From positions 1-44,454 of the IMG/VR virus record IMGVR_UViG_3300046786_000657: 44,454 bases of DNA. One strand, written 5' to 3'. The notes beneath the pieces are model-generated. The model did no database searches and had not been told where the DNA came from. It was given only the letters and a program-made list of their open reading frames with translations. Shown here one piece after another: positions 14,232 through 23,409 of this stretch. A program made the position numbers and the translations under genes. The stretch is from a virus. Its lineage: Duplodnaviria; Caudoviricetes. Each line of letters starts with the position of its first letter. Within the stretch, counting starts at the first letter, position 1.

Positions 14232-16526
14232 CTAAAATTGATTATTAAAGGGTTCTCTATCTAATTCTATTTTAATGGCTAAGTATTCAGCTTTAAAATC
14301 AACACCGCGTTTAGTCCAGACCGACTTGGTCTCATTATTAATTTTAACTCTCAATGTAATATTATTACCATAACCTAACTTACATATTAATTTAGTTTTT
14401 TCGTGTTTATTAAGCGAGTAACCTAACTCGAATTCTATAGCCCTAATAAAATCACTAGTTATGTATTTGTCATTCCAATACAGAATTTTATCCCCGGAAA
14501 CATCTTCTAAAATTTCAACTGCCTCATAATAACCTTTAATGTTTTCCCTTTCATTGGCTATTAATCGATCTTTATCTATAGTTTTAGGTGCTTGTTTATA
14601 AGATTTGAATTTATCAGATATTTTTAATTCGCTAAAATATTTTAGGTACTCAGAATGATACAACTCTAAATCACTCCATAATATTTGAAAATAGTCTTCA
14701 GGATTATCTGAATTAACATATTTACCCATTTCAGCATATACTAAATCAGAAGAAATATACCACCATCGTCTGTCGTGTTCCGTTAATGGTAATGCTGAGG
14801 GGTTATTTGTAAATGCTAAGTAGTTCGTTACATTTTTGATTTTAGTTGCTGCTTTATTTTTACCTTCAAATGCTATCTCATCATTAACTAAATCTTTTAA
14901 ATCCTCATATATCTCATATCTGTTGTTATTGGTGGAACTAGGAGACAATTCTTCAATCACGTTAACACATACTCCATAAGCATAATCATTGAAGCCTTTG
15001 AGTAGAATTTTAGGCTTAACCAGACCTGTATTTCTACTTCCTATCAATTTATTTAAAAGACTATGAATAAACGTTTTACCTACACCATGACTGTCAGAAT
15101 GAATTAATGGCATCCAGCCTAACAACTTACCTTTATTTTGAACTTGATGAGACATCCAATTGAGCATTATTTCACCATTCATCTTATTGTTTAACAATAA
15201 ATTAAAATGTTGTTTTAATCTCTCAATTGCTTGTAATCCTTCTTTTGTGTAATTTGTTGCTGGAACAGGTAAATTGTCTACATCAAACGTGTTTAAGTAC
15301 AAATCATTATTATGTTCAATTAACTTGTTATTTATCGTAGGGTCATACACAACACCTTTTATGAATTTAATAAATTCATATTTAGTTACATAATCCATAG
15401 CGTAAACATCATTCCCATCCTCATCCTTTAAACCAAGTTTGTTAAATAATTGATTAAAAGAACGCTCACTACCTTTATGACCTGTCAGTAAATCATAATA
15501 AGTATTATTCGCTACATCAAATAATATATTACTTAATTCATCAGGACATTTCATATTACTTTTTTTAACTGGTAAACTATTTCTTATTTCGCTAAGTTTT
15601 ATATTCAACTTTAACTCTTTAATTTTATATTGAGCCAAACCAATAACTAATTTTCTATCATCAACATTCAAATCATATTGAGATACTTCAGCCATCATTG
15701 TTTTAAAGTTATCTTTAGTCATCTTATTTATTAATGATTTAGCCTTCTCAAAGTCATTTTTAGGTATATAATAACTTAATGTGCCTATTGTTGTGGCTTT
15801 ACCTTTTGTAAAAGAATTCCAGGTGCTTCTTGTTTCTCGCATATTATAACTTTTATGCTGTCTAGACCATTCATCAAATAATGTAAATCCCTCACTCATC
15901 ATATCATCAGGAGTACTACTGTGTATAGCCATTCCAATCTTAACCCACGCATCACGGTCATCTATATTGTTAGGTATTTGTGCTAACATTTCTTTACATT
16001 TCTCAAATGTTACTATTTCATCTAATTCATCAATAACTGATGTTACAGGAGATATACTTATATCACATTCTAATATATCTAATAATGATTGTGGTGCAGG
16101 AATAGCATTTATATCAGTTAATACCTCATAGGTTATTACTGCATAGCAACCTTTACCTAAAAAGTCTATTCCAGGATAGTTATTATTCTTTTTATTTATT
16201 TTAATGTTATCAGGCTTGGTAAAATAAATATGATAACCACCTGAGGCAGTTCTAATATTGGGATTAAATTTAATACCTGTGTCTTGTTCAAGTTTAACTA
16301 ATGATTCCAATCCTTTTGAACCATTTTTAATATCTACATCTATTATTAAATGATTATCATCTAATACCCAGCCGTACATATTATCAGTGCTAATTTGTAT
16401 TTTAGATATATGATTTTTAAAAAGTACTCGTTGCCAAGATTTGTTAATCGGAACTTTATTCTTGTTTATTGGAATTAATCTATGATTAAGATTAATATGT
16501 TTTTGAAGTATTTCTTTTATTTCCAT
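14232..16526 (-). CDS. Primase-helicase (Prim-Pol/AEP + PriCT-2 + NTPase)
   Basis: IIDVDIK, TASGGYHIYF, WVKIGMAIH..FDEWS (PriCT-2), HGVGKT Walker A, VIEE Walker B, FTNN..DRRW. Confidence 0.92.
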   Translation of the reverse strand: MEIKEILQKHINLNHRLIPINKNKVPINKSWQRVLFKNHISKIQISTDNMYGWVLDDNHLIIDVDIKNGSKGLESLVKLEQDTGIKFNPNIRTASGGYHIYFTKPDNIKINKKNNNYPGIDFLGKGCYAVITYEVLTDINAIPAPQSLLDILECDISISPVTSVIDELDEIVTFEKCKEMLAQIPNNIDDRDAWVKIGMAIHSSTPDDMMSEGFTLFDEWSRQHKSYNMRETRSTWNSFTKGKATTIGTLSYYIPKNDFEKAKSLINKMTKDNFKTMMAEVSQYDLNVDDRKLVIGLAQYKIKELKLNIKLSEIRNSLPVKKSNMKCPDELSNILFDVANNTYYDLLTGHKGSERSFNQLFNKLGLKDEDGNDVYAMDYVTKYEFIKFIKGVVYDPTINNKLIEHNNDLYLNTFDVDNLPVPATNYTKEGLQAIERLKQHFNLLLNNKMNGEIMLNWMSHQVQNKGKLLGWMPLIHSDSHGVGKTFIHSLLNKLIGSRNTGLVKPKILLKGFNDYAYGVCVNVIEELSPSSTNNNRYEIYEDLKDLVNDEIAFEGKNKAATKIKNVTNYLAFTNNPSALPLTEHDRRWWYISSDLVYAEMGKYVNSDNPEDYFQILWSDLELYHSEYLKYFSELKISDKFKSYKQAPKTIDKDRLIANERENIKGYYEAVEILEDVSGDKILYWNDKYITSDFIRAIEFELGYSLNKHEKTKLICKLGYGNNITLRVKINNETKSVWTKRGVDFKAEYLAIKIELDREPFNNQF

Positions 16527-16531
16527 TTTAT

Positions 16532-16631
16532 CCGCCTATAAAATTACCTTAAAATTAGATGTGGAAGAGCCGAATTAAGGCGGTTCGACTCACTACTGCA
16601 GGTAGTTTCCACGAGCATTAATATTATCACA
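16532..16631 (-). promoter_or_regulatory. Structured 5' leader of the primase gene with extended -10 promoter
   Basis: TGTGATAAT at 16631-16623; three-stem junction at 16561-16612; loop CCGCCT is complementary to AGGCGG at the RBS. Confidence 0.55.
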
Positions 16632-16786
16632 TCTGAGAATTTTAAGTGCATTTTTTTTTGATAAATTAAATAATTAATTTTCAGATGCTAAAAATATCAA
16701 ACATAAATTTATTTTAACATAATTGTAGAAAATAGTTTTTGATTTTGTTAAATAATAATTTACAAATGTCAATACAATTTTAAAAA

Positions 16787-17110
16787 GTTACTGAGAATCA
16801 CGTCCGGGTTACTGAGAAAAAAAATTCTCAGTAACCAAATTAAGTTATTGTTTTATTTAATAATTTAACTAGAAAAAACATATAAAGTTACTGAGTTACT
16901 GAGAATTCCCTATTTTAACTATATAATGAAAAAAAAATACATTACATGCAACGCTTGTAACAAGCCTTGTAAATCGCTTTTTTCTCATTAAGTATAATTT
17001 TATTAAATTCTCAGTAACTCAGTAACTTTATATATATAAATATAATAATATCAATAATTTAACTTGGTTACTGAGAAGTTACTGAGAAAGTTACTGACAT
17101 TCTCAGTAAC
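16787..17110. repeat. Eleven GTTACTGAG/CTCAGTAAC iterons in a long imperfect palindrome; putative replication origin (or pac region)
   Basis: Copies at 16787, 16808, 16827(rev), 16887, 16895, 17010(rev), 17018(rev), 17067, 17078, 17090 (1 mismatch), 17102(rev). Confidence 0.85.
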
Positions 17111-17179
17111 TTATCCTTGGTGCTAATTCACTATTATCGTTATAATAGTGAATAGTGAATTGAAAAGAAAATTTTATTA

Positions 17180-17188
17180 TGTTATAAT
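17180..17188 (+). promoter_or_regulatory. Extended -10 promoter (TGtTATAAT) for the packaging genes
   Basis: Same TTATGTTATAATTG context recurs before the portal gene (~18904-18917). Confidence 0.5.
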
Positions 17189-17214
17189 TGATTATTATTA
17201 TTTTGGAATTTGTG

Positions 17215-17667
17215 ATGAGTAGAAAAAAGAAAGAACAAATTATTGATTGGGATTCAATTCAATTTGAGTTTGAGAATACTCCACAATCAGTTGACCAGTT
17301 GGCATCTAAATATAATGTTCATTATATGCTCATACTTGACAGAATTAAAGATTATCATTGGAGAACATTCAAAGAGACGCAAACACGTCAACTAATACAT
17401 TCTGTTGATTTGGTATTGTCTTTATCTGATTTAGCAAAATCTAAAATGTTGGCTATGCACAAAATAATGGAGAAATTACATACACAGTTAGATGAAGATA
17501 GTATTAATATATCAGACGCATCAAGAGTGTTAACTAATATTACTGGTGAAGTAACTAAAATAACAAAACTTGCAGGTATTGAAGAAATAGAACTGGAACA
17601 ACTGAAAGGAAATAATGATACTCAAGTCAATATTGAGATTACACCTGTTAAGCAGATTAAGCAATGA
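17215..17667 (+). CDS. terS: Terminase small subunit
   Basis: IDWDSIQFEF..SVDQLASKYNV..W N-terminal HTH; directly upstream of TerL; likely ATG 17215. Confidence 0.75.
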   Translation: MSRKKKEQIIDWDSIQFEFENTPQSVDQLASKYNVHYMLILDRIKDYHWRTFKETQTRQLIHSVDLVLSLSDLAKSKMLAMHKIMEKLHTQLDEDSINISDASRVLTNITGEVTKITKLAGIEEIELEQLKGNNDTQVNIEITPVKQIKQ

Positions 17668-18887
17668 AATTAAGTCTTGAAATCCCAGACAAGTTACAAC
17701 CGTTATTTACTGAACACTATGTTATTGCCGTATTGTTTGGTGGTCGCAGTAGTGGTAAAACAGCGACTATAATACGTTTATTACTTGTCGAAGGTATTAA
17801 AAATAAAATATTCGTATTGTGTTGTAGAGAATATCAAGCATCTATTGAAGACTCAGTATATCGAGAACTAAAACGTTCTATATTTGATTTTGATTTGTTT
17901 TCTCATTACACAGTCAAACATGACAGAATAGTTGGTAAAAATGGAACAGAATTTGTGTTTAAGGGTATAGCACGTGACCCGTTTAGCCTTAAAGGTATTC
18001 CAAAGATTGATTTTTGTTTTGCAGAAGAGGCAGAGACATTCAGCAAAGAATCGTGGGATATATTGTTGCCAACATTATACAAGACATCTACAACTAAACT
18101 ATTGTTAGCATTTAATCCACGTGAAGAGCAGTCAGATACATACCAACGTTTTGTTGTTAATAGCCACGCATTACCACAGCCTGTGCTTAAAATAAACATT
18201 AATTACACTGACAACCCATTTCTTAACGAATTGGCGTTGCAGGATATTGAACAGACAAAGAAGTATGATTATGCTAAATACGAACATATATATCTTGGTC
18301 AGCCATTAAATATATCCGAAGCAGTGGTGTATAAAGGTTGTTTCGAAGTTGTTGATGATTGCGATATACCATCGTTGGCAGAAGTTAAAGTTGGCTTGGA
18401 TTTCGGCTATTCGCCCGACCCATTGGCTGTATTGAAAATATTTGTAATAGATTCAAACACAATTTACATTGAAAAAGAAATATACGAAAACAAAGTATTA
18501 CCGAGCCAAATTAGAAACAAAATAAACAAGATAATGCCTGAAGTAATGAATAAAGTTATATGGGCTGATAGTGCAAGAAATGATTCTATTGCAGAATTAA
18601 ATCAACAAGGAATGAGAGTTAAGCCGAGCATTAAAGGTAAAGGGTCAATAGAATCTGGTATTGAATTTTTACGTGGTAAAAAGATATTGGTCAATAAGCA
18701 ATGTAGCAACACTATATTTGAGTTTTATAATTACAAGTTGAAAGTTGATAAGAACGGTACAATATTGCCAGAAGCAGAAGACAAGCATAATCACGCTTTA
18801 GATGCGTTAAGATATTCATTTTCAGAAGAGATTGCTGCATTGAAACGCAAACTTAAAATGGGTGCAGCAGTTGTTAATAGATTTTAA
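17664..18887 (+). CDS. terL: Terminase large subunit (PBSX family)
   Basis: GGRSSGKT, CFAEEAE, AFNP, GLDFGYSPDP, HALDALRY. Confidence 0.95.
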   Translation: MKLSLEIPDKLQPLFTEHYVIAVLFGGRSSGKTATIIRLLLVEGIKNKIFVLCCREYQASIEDSVYRELKRSIFDFDLFSHYTVKHDRIVGKNGTEFVFKGIARDPFSLKGIPKIDFCFAEEAETFSKESWDILLPTLYKTSTTKLLLAFNPREEQSDTYQRFVVNSHALPQPVLKININYTDNPFLNELALQDIEQTKKYDYAKYEHIYLGQPLNISEAVVYKGCFEVVDDCDIPSLAEVKVGLDFGYSPDPLAVLKIFVIDSNTIYIEKEIYENKVLPSQIRNKINKIMPEVMNKVIWADSARNDSIAELNQQGMRVKPSIKGKGSIESGIEFLRGKKILVNKQCSNTIFEFYNYKLKVDKNGTILPEAEDKHNHALDALRYSFSEEIAALKRKLKMGAAVVNRF

Positions 18888-18943
18888 TATTTTATTTTTT
18901 GATTTATGTTATAATTGGCTAATAAACGTTTATTGGATGAGAT

Positions 18944-20410
18944 ATGAAAAGCAAAATGCGAGTAAATTCCAACATTCTAAATCAATTCGGAGTACCGTTT
19001 GAGTCTGCAAATAAGCCATTAGATTACACCATACCAAAAAGTATTGGTGCAGATGGGAAGGTCGTAACGCCCAAGGTTACAACAGATTCAAACGGTTACT
19101 CCGATGGTTTATTGGTCAATCAATTTGGAATAAACACGTATGGCAACATCATATCTGAATTTGCAGGATGGGGCTTATTGTCACTTGTAGCCCAAAATGC
19201 AATAGTTCGCAACATAATCAACACCAAAGCCAATACAGCAACACAGAAGTGGGGTAAATTGGTGTATAAAGGTAAAGATGGGAAAGATATTGAAAACAAG
19301 TTAAAAGTATTAGAATCAAGAGCAAAGCAACTTAAATTAAGAGAAACAATCAATCTTGCACATAAGAAATCAATCCTTTTTGGTGGTTGTATGATATACC
19401 CTAAAATAAAGGGTGATGATGATAGGCTTGCTACAGAATTAATACCTAAATTAGAAGTACAGCAAGGTTCGTTAAGATATTTAAAGGTTATTGAGCCCAT
19501 TTACTGTGTACCAACATCGTTCGAAGCGAGTAATCCATTAAGCAAAAACTTTTATGTTCCGGAAATATGGGCTGTAACATCTAATTTGATTCATATTAGC
19601 AGAATGTGTCATTTTGTCGACTATGAAAGTCCAATTATAACTAAACCTGTATTTCAATTCTACGGTATTTCATTAATCAATTTAATAATGGACTATATCA
19701 GCATATTCACAGATATGCGAGATGAAGTTGCAGAGATTATAAGCAAATACAATCTAAACATATTAAGCACTGATTTAAGTGCGATATTGGCGGGTAATCC
19801 AACAGATACTGATGTGGATTCAGTTAAAAACCGTATAGCGTTATTTAACAAATTAAGAACAAACTTCGGTACATTGTTGTTAGATAAAGAGTCGGAAGAT
19901 TATAAAATAATGAGTATGAGTCTTGGCAACTTGGATACCTTGTTACAACAAAACCTTGAATATATCGCTGCTATGACGCAAATACCAGCAACAAGGTTAT
20001 TTAGTCAATCACCAAGTGGCTTTGGTTCTACTGGCCAGAATGAGGTTGATAACTTTGAAGCATTGATTATTAGTGAACAAACCGATTTGCTGCTACCACA
20101 CGTTAATAAGGTATTTGAGTATATACAATATGATTGTTTTGGCGAATATGATCCAGATATTGAATTTGTATTTAATCCAATCAATGAACCAAGTATATTA
20201 GATAAGAGTCAAGTATTTATGAATTATGCAAACTCTGTTATGCAAATGGCTGGACAACCTGTATTATCTGTTGAAGAAGCACGTAGTTATTTAGCGAGTA
20301 ATGAACAACTTGGCTTAACTAGCATTGATGTAGATGCTGATATTAGCGAACTAGGCGAAACAGAAAACGATAATGGCGAGATAGAAGATAATCCAGATAC
20401 TTTAGGTTAA
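18944..20410 (+). CDS. Portal protein (DUF1073-like)
   Basis: Follows TerL; IPATRLFSQSPSGFGSTG motif; acidic tail. Confidence 0.88.
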   Translation: MKSKMRVNSNILNQFGVPFESANKPLDYTIPKSIGADGKVVTPKVTTDSNGYSDGLLVNQFGINTYGNIISEFAGWGLLSLVAQNAIVRNIINTKANTATQKWGKLVYKGKDGKDIENKLKVLESRAKQLKLRETINLAHKKSILFGGCMIYPKIKGDDDRLATELIPKLEVQQGSLRYLKVIEPIYCVPTSFEASNPLSKNFYVPEIWAVTSNLIHISRMCHFVDYESPIITKPVFQFYGISLINLIMDYISIFTDMRDEVAEIISKYNLNILSTDLSAILAGNPTDTDVDSVKNRIALFNKLRTNFGTLLLDKESEDYKIMSMSLGNLDTLLQQNLEYIAAMTQIPATRLFSQSPSGFGSTGQNEVDNFEALIISEQTDLLLPHVNKVFEYIQYDCFGEYDPDIEFVFNPINEPSILDKSQVFMNYANSVMQMAGQPVLSVEEARSYLASNEQLGLTSIDVDADISELGETENDNGEIEDNPDTLG

Positions 20411-20414
20411 TATC

Positions 20415-21230
20415 ATGGCTGAAAAGATAATACGGCTAAAACCTATACAACCAGACAAGATTATTGGTATTGAGTATCAATCAAGACTTGTTAAAGAGAT
20501 AAAGAAATTAAAGGGAGAATTGCTTGAAGAAATTGAAGCGTGTTATAAAAACTGTTTGGCACAAGATAGTAGCCCTGTTAATCAAATTGAATTTGCAGTA
20601 AAGCGAGTTTTTGATAAATACGGTAAAAGATTTGGTAAACTGGCTAAATTGTTGTCAGTTAAGTTTATTAACCAAATAAGCTTATCAACACGTAGAAAAC
20701 TACAAGCAGCAGCAAAAGACCTGATTACAATTGAGCCTGATAAGCAGTATAAGAACATTTTGCTTATTAAACAGGCTTTAATTAAAGAGAATGTTCAGTT
20801 AATTAAAGATTTGCCCGAAAAGATGTATAATCAGATACACGGCGACTTAATGCGTAATTTTGCAACAGGTGGTAATTTGCAGAAAAGTGAAAAAGAACTA
20901 CTCAATGCAGGATTACCACCATTAACTAAAACAATTAAAGGTATAAATGTTAGAGTTAAATCAGCAGAAAAGAGAGCAAGGTTTATCAGTCGTGACCAAT
21001 TGTTTAAATCTAATGGGATTATTAACAATGCGAGAATGTTGGCTAATGGAATAAATAAAAGCGAATGGAATCACAGTCACGGTGATAAAGTGCCTAGACC
21101 AGACCATTTGGCAGCGAATGGTAAGATATATGAGAATGATAAAGGCTGTTTAATAAGTGGTGAATATATATTACCAGGGCAGTTAATAGGTTGCACGTGC
21201 TTTGCTACACCTGTGATTGAATTGGGGTGA
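20415..21230 (+). CDS. Minor head/head morphogenesis protein (Mu F / SPP1 gp7 family)
   Basis: RARFISRDQ, W.HS..PRPDH, PGQLIGCTC. Confidence 0.9.
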   Translation: MAEKIIRLKPIQPDKIIGIEYQSRLVKEIKKLKGELLEEIEACYKNCLAQDSSPVNQIEFAVKRVFDKYGKRFGKLAKLLSVKFINQISLSTRRKLQAAAKDLITIEPDKQYKNILLIKQALIKENVQLIKDLPEKMYNQIHGDLMRNFATGGNLQKSEKELLNAGLPPLTKTIKGINVRVKSAEKRARFISRDQLFKSNGIINNARMLANGINKSEWNHSHGDKVPRPDHLAANGKIYENDKGCLISGEYILPGQLIGCTCFATPVIELG

Positions 21231-21409
21231 TTATGCTATATACTATTGAATTGAACCGTTGGGATAATGTTTGGGTTGCGTGTAAGAAGTCATATGCAAC
21301 AAGAGAAGAAGCGATGAAAAGAGCGTATGAGATAATCAATTTGTATAATCCCGAAACGATATTTGATGTGCGTGTAATCAATAATAAAAAAGTTAACACA
21401 AACAATTGA
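21227..21409 (+). CDS. Small hypothetical protein resembling the accessory paralog family
   Basis: YTIE..KSYATREEAMKRA..DVRVI. Confidence 0.65.
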   Translation: MIMLYTIELNRWDNVWVACKKSYATREEAMKRAYEIINLYNPETIFDVRVINNKKVNTNN

Positions 21410-21456
21410 TTTTGTGCTAATATAGAGAAAATAACTATAATATAGGATAGTATTAA

Positions 21457-22269
21457 ATGCCTAACAAGGTTATAAAAGCGGTATCAGAGAAGACAGGTCA
21501 TACACCTGCTGAACTAGAAGCGATATGGAATAAAGCCATTGAAGAAGCAAAGAAGCGTGGTGTTAAGAACTACTACGCTTATGCTAATGCTGTTATTCAA
21601 GGCATTAAACGCAAATCAACCAATGATGCACAGTCATTAAGATATGTAGATGACAATGGTGCGTTAATCTGTCCAAAATCAATAATTACTGGTGCTGATG
21701 TAGCACAATATTGGGGCTTTGAGATTCCAAACAATAAAGCGATGGGATTAGAAGACAACAAAATATATAATGTATATAGACCTATAGATGAGATAACCGA
21801 TAATGATTTTAACGGCAAGTATTTGCTTGATAGGCATTTAGGTGATTTCAGTGCTGATACATTTAACAAATACAAAAATAATATTATTGGCACAGTATAT
21901 GATTGCACAATGGAGAATAATGAGATTATTGGCACAGTAGCGTTCAATGACCCGAAAGCCGTTGATGCTTTGGATGATGGAAAGCGTTGCTTGTCTGCCG
22001 GTTATTTTTATGACCCTGTAATGGAGCAAGGTGCATTTAATGGAATGCCATATGATATTAAGATGACAAATATCAGAGCCAATCATATTGCTCACGTGGA
22101 TAATCCACGCTATAAACGAGCGTTGGTTGGTGATGAACAACAGAATATTGCTAGTAGTTCTGCTACTGGTGATACTAATGCTATTAAGGTTGTTACAGAT
22201 GCTGACTTAATAGTGGCTAAACAAAGAGCGTTATTAACCAGCATCTTTTTTAAATTTTTAGGAGTTTAA
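21457..22269 (+). CDS. DUF2213-like prohead protease/capsid maturation protein with an extra N-terminal domain
   Basis: VAQYWGFEIP, VYRP, LSAGY, MTNIRANHIAHV. Confidence 0.82.
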   Translation: MPNKVIKAVSEKTGHTPAELEAIWNKAIEEAKKRGVKNYYAYANAVIQGIKRKSTNDAQSLRYVDDNGALICPKSIITGADVAQYWGFEIPNNKAMGLEDNKIYNVYRPIDEITDNDFNGKYLLDRHLGDFSADTFNKYKNNIIGTVYDCTMENNEIIGTVAFNDPKAVDALDDGKRCLSAGYFYDPVMEQGAFNGMPYDIKMTNIRANHIAHVDNPRYKRALVGDEQQNIASSSATGDTNAIKVVTDADLIVAKQRALLTSIFFKFLGV

Positions 22270-22271
22270 GT

Positions 22272-22862
22272 ATGAGTTACAAACCAAAGACTAAATTTGG
22301 TAATTTCTTTGCTGAAGAACTTCGCAAACTTGCAATGGATGAGAAAGAAATTGACAAGGCTGTAGAAGATGCTGAAGAAGAGATGATTGCCAAAGGTAAA
22401 GATGGCGAAATGGAAAAAAAGGAAGAAAAAGCGATGGATGACAAAGACATCGTTGCTGCTGACCCTTATATGAACAAAGAAGATGATAAAGGCTCTATTG
22501 CTGGATTATCTTTAGATGAAGTTAATAAGATGATAGACAAAGCGATTAAAGACTATGACGCTAGTTGTGCTGCTAAAGAGAAGGGTATGGATGAAGCGAT
22601 TGGTATTTATTCGGCTAAATTTGGCAGACCTAATATTGCATTTGATTCGGTTGATGCTGTATACGATGCGATTCTTGTGAGTGCTGGAGTTGACTTTAAA
22701 GGTTGTTCTACGCTTGAGAAAAAGGGAATGGCAAAGATGGTTTCAATTAATAGCAACAAAGTTGCACAAGACAGAAATGTTGTTGTAGGCGATAAGGCTA
22801 TTGGTAAATCTGATTTTAACTATCTATCAGATTATATGAAAAAATTATTAGGAGTTAAATAA
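22272..22862 (+). CDS. Putative scaffolding protein
   Basis: Charged and helical; repeated AMD/GMD motifs; lies between protease and capsid genes. Confidence 0.6.
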   Translation: MSYKPKTKFGNFFAEELRKLAMDEKEIDKAVEDAEEEMIAKGKDGEMEKKEEKAMDDKDIVAADPYMNKEDDKGSIAGLSLDEVNKMIDKAIKDYDASCAAKEKGMDEAIGIYSAKFGRPNIAFDSVDAVYDAILVSAGVDFKGCSTLEKKGMAKMVSINSNKVAQDRNVVVGDKAIGKSDFNYLSDYMKKLLGVK

Positions 22863-22863
22863 T

Positions 22864-23406
22864 ATGGCTAATTACGCAGGTATGCAAAAGTCAGCAGTTA
22901 ATAGTTCTCCTATTACTGCTGGATTGGTTACACAGGCTTTACGTCCAGGTGATACTTCTGGATACGTTGCAGCAACCGATGTTGTTGTTGGTGGTCCAGC
23001 CTTTCTGGTTGATTCTAATACATTAAATCAATCAATTCAAGCAACAGGTTCAAGTACTAATCCGTTTATTGGTGTTATCTATCGTGCTAATACTACTGCA
23101 TCGGTTGATTATTACACTGTTGGTTATACTACAACTATTTCTGCTGGATTACGTGTTGAAGTGATCACTCGAGGTACAGTAGCAGTTGCAGTAACACAAC
23201 AAGGTGCTACACCAGTTGTTCCGGCATTTGGTGACATCGTATTTGTATTACCAAGCGGTGTATTCTTTACACAAGCAACCGCAGGTGGAACATTACCAAG
23301 TGGTGCAATTCAAACTAACTTTAGAGTTGATTTTGTACCAGCGGGAACTACTGCTGCTGCAGGGCAATTAGTAGTTATCACTAACAGACAAAACGTAGGA
23401 GTTTAA
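22864..23406 (+). CDS. Capsid decoration/cement protein
   Basis: Beta-rich, 180 aa, immediately before the MCP; VEVITRGTVAV. Confidence 0.72.
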   Translation: MANYAGMQKSAVNSSPITAGLVTQALRPGDTSGYVAATDVVVGGPAFLVDSNTLNQSIQATGSSTNPFIGVIYRANTTASVDYYTVGYTTTISAGLRVEVITRGTVAVAVTQQGATPVVPAFGDIVFVLPSGVFFTQATAGGTLPSGAIQTNFRVDFVPAGTTAAAGQLVVITNRQNVGV

Positions 23407-23409
23407 TCT

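Noticed and set aside
16787-17110. CRISPR array
   Set aside because: Repeats are 9 bp, in both orientations and irregularly spaced; no cas operon (the DUF2800 Cas4-like nuclease is a standard phage replication gene)
18944-20410. Anti-CBASS Acb1 label sometimes attached to DUF1073-like proteins
   Set aside because: Position and motifs indicate a portal; no appended HxT/HxS phosphoesterase domain is visible
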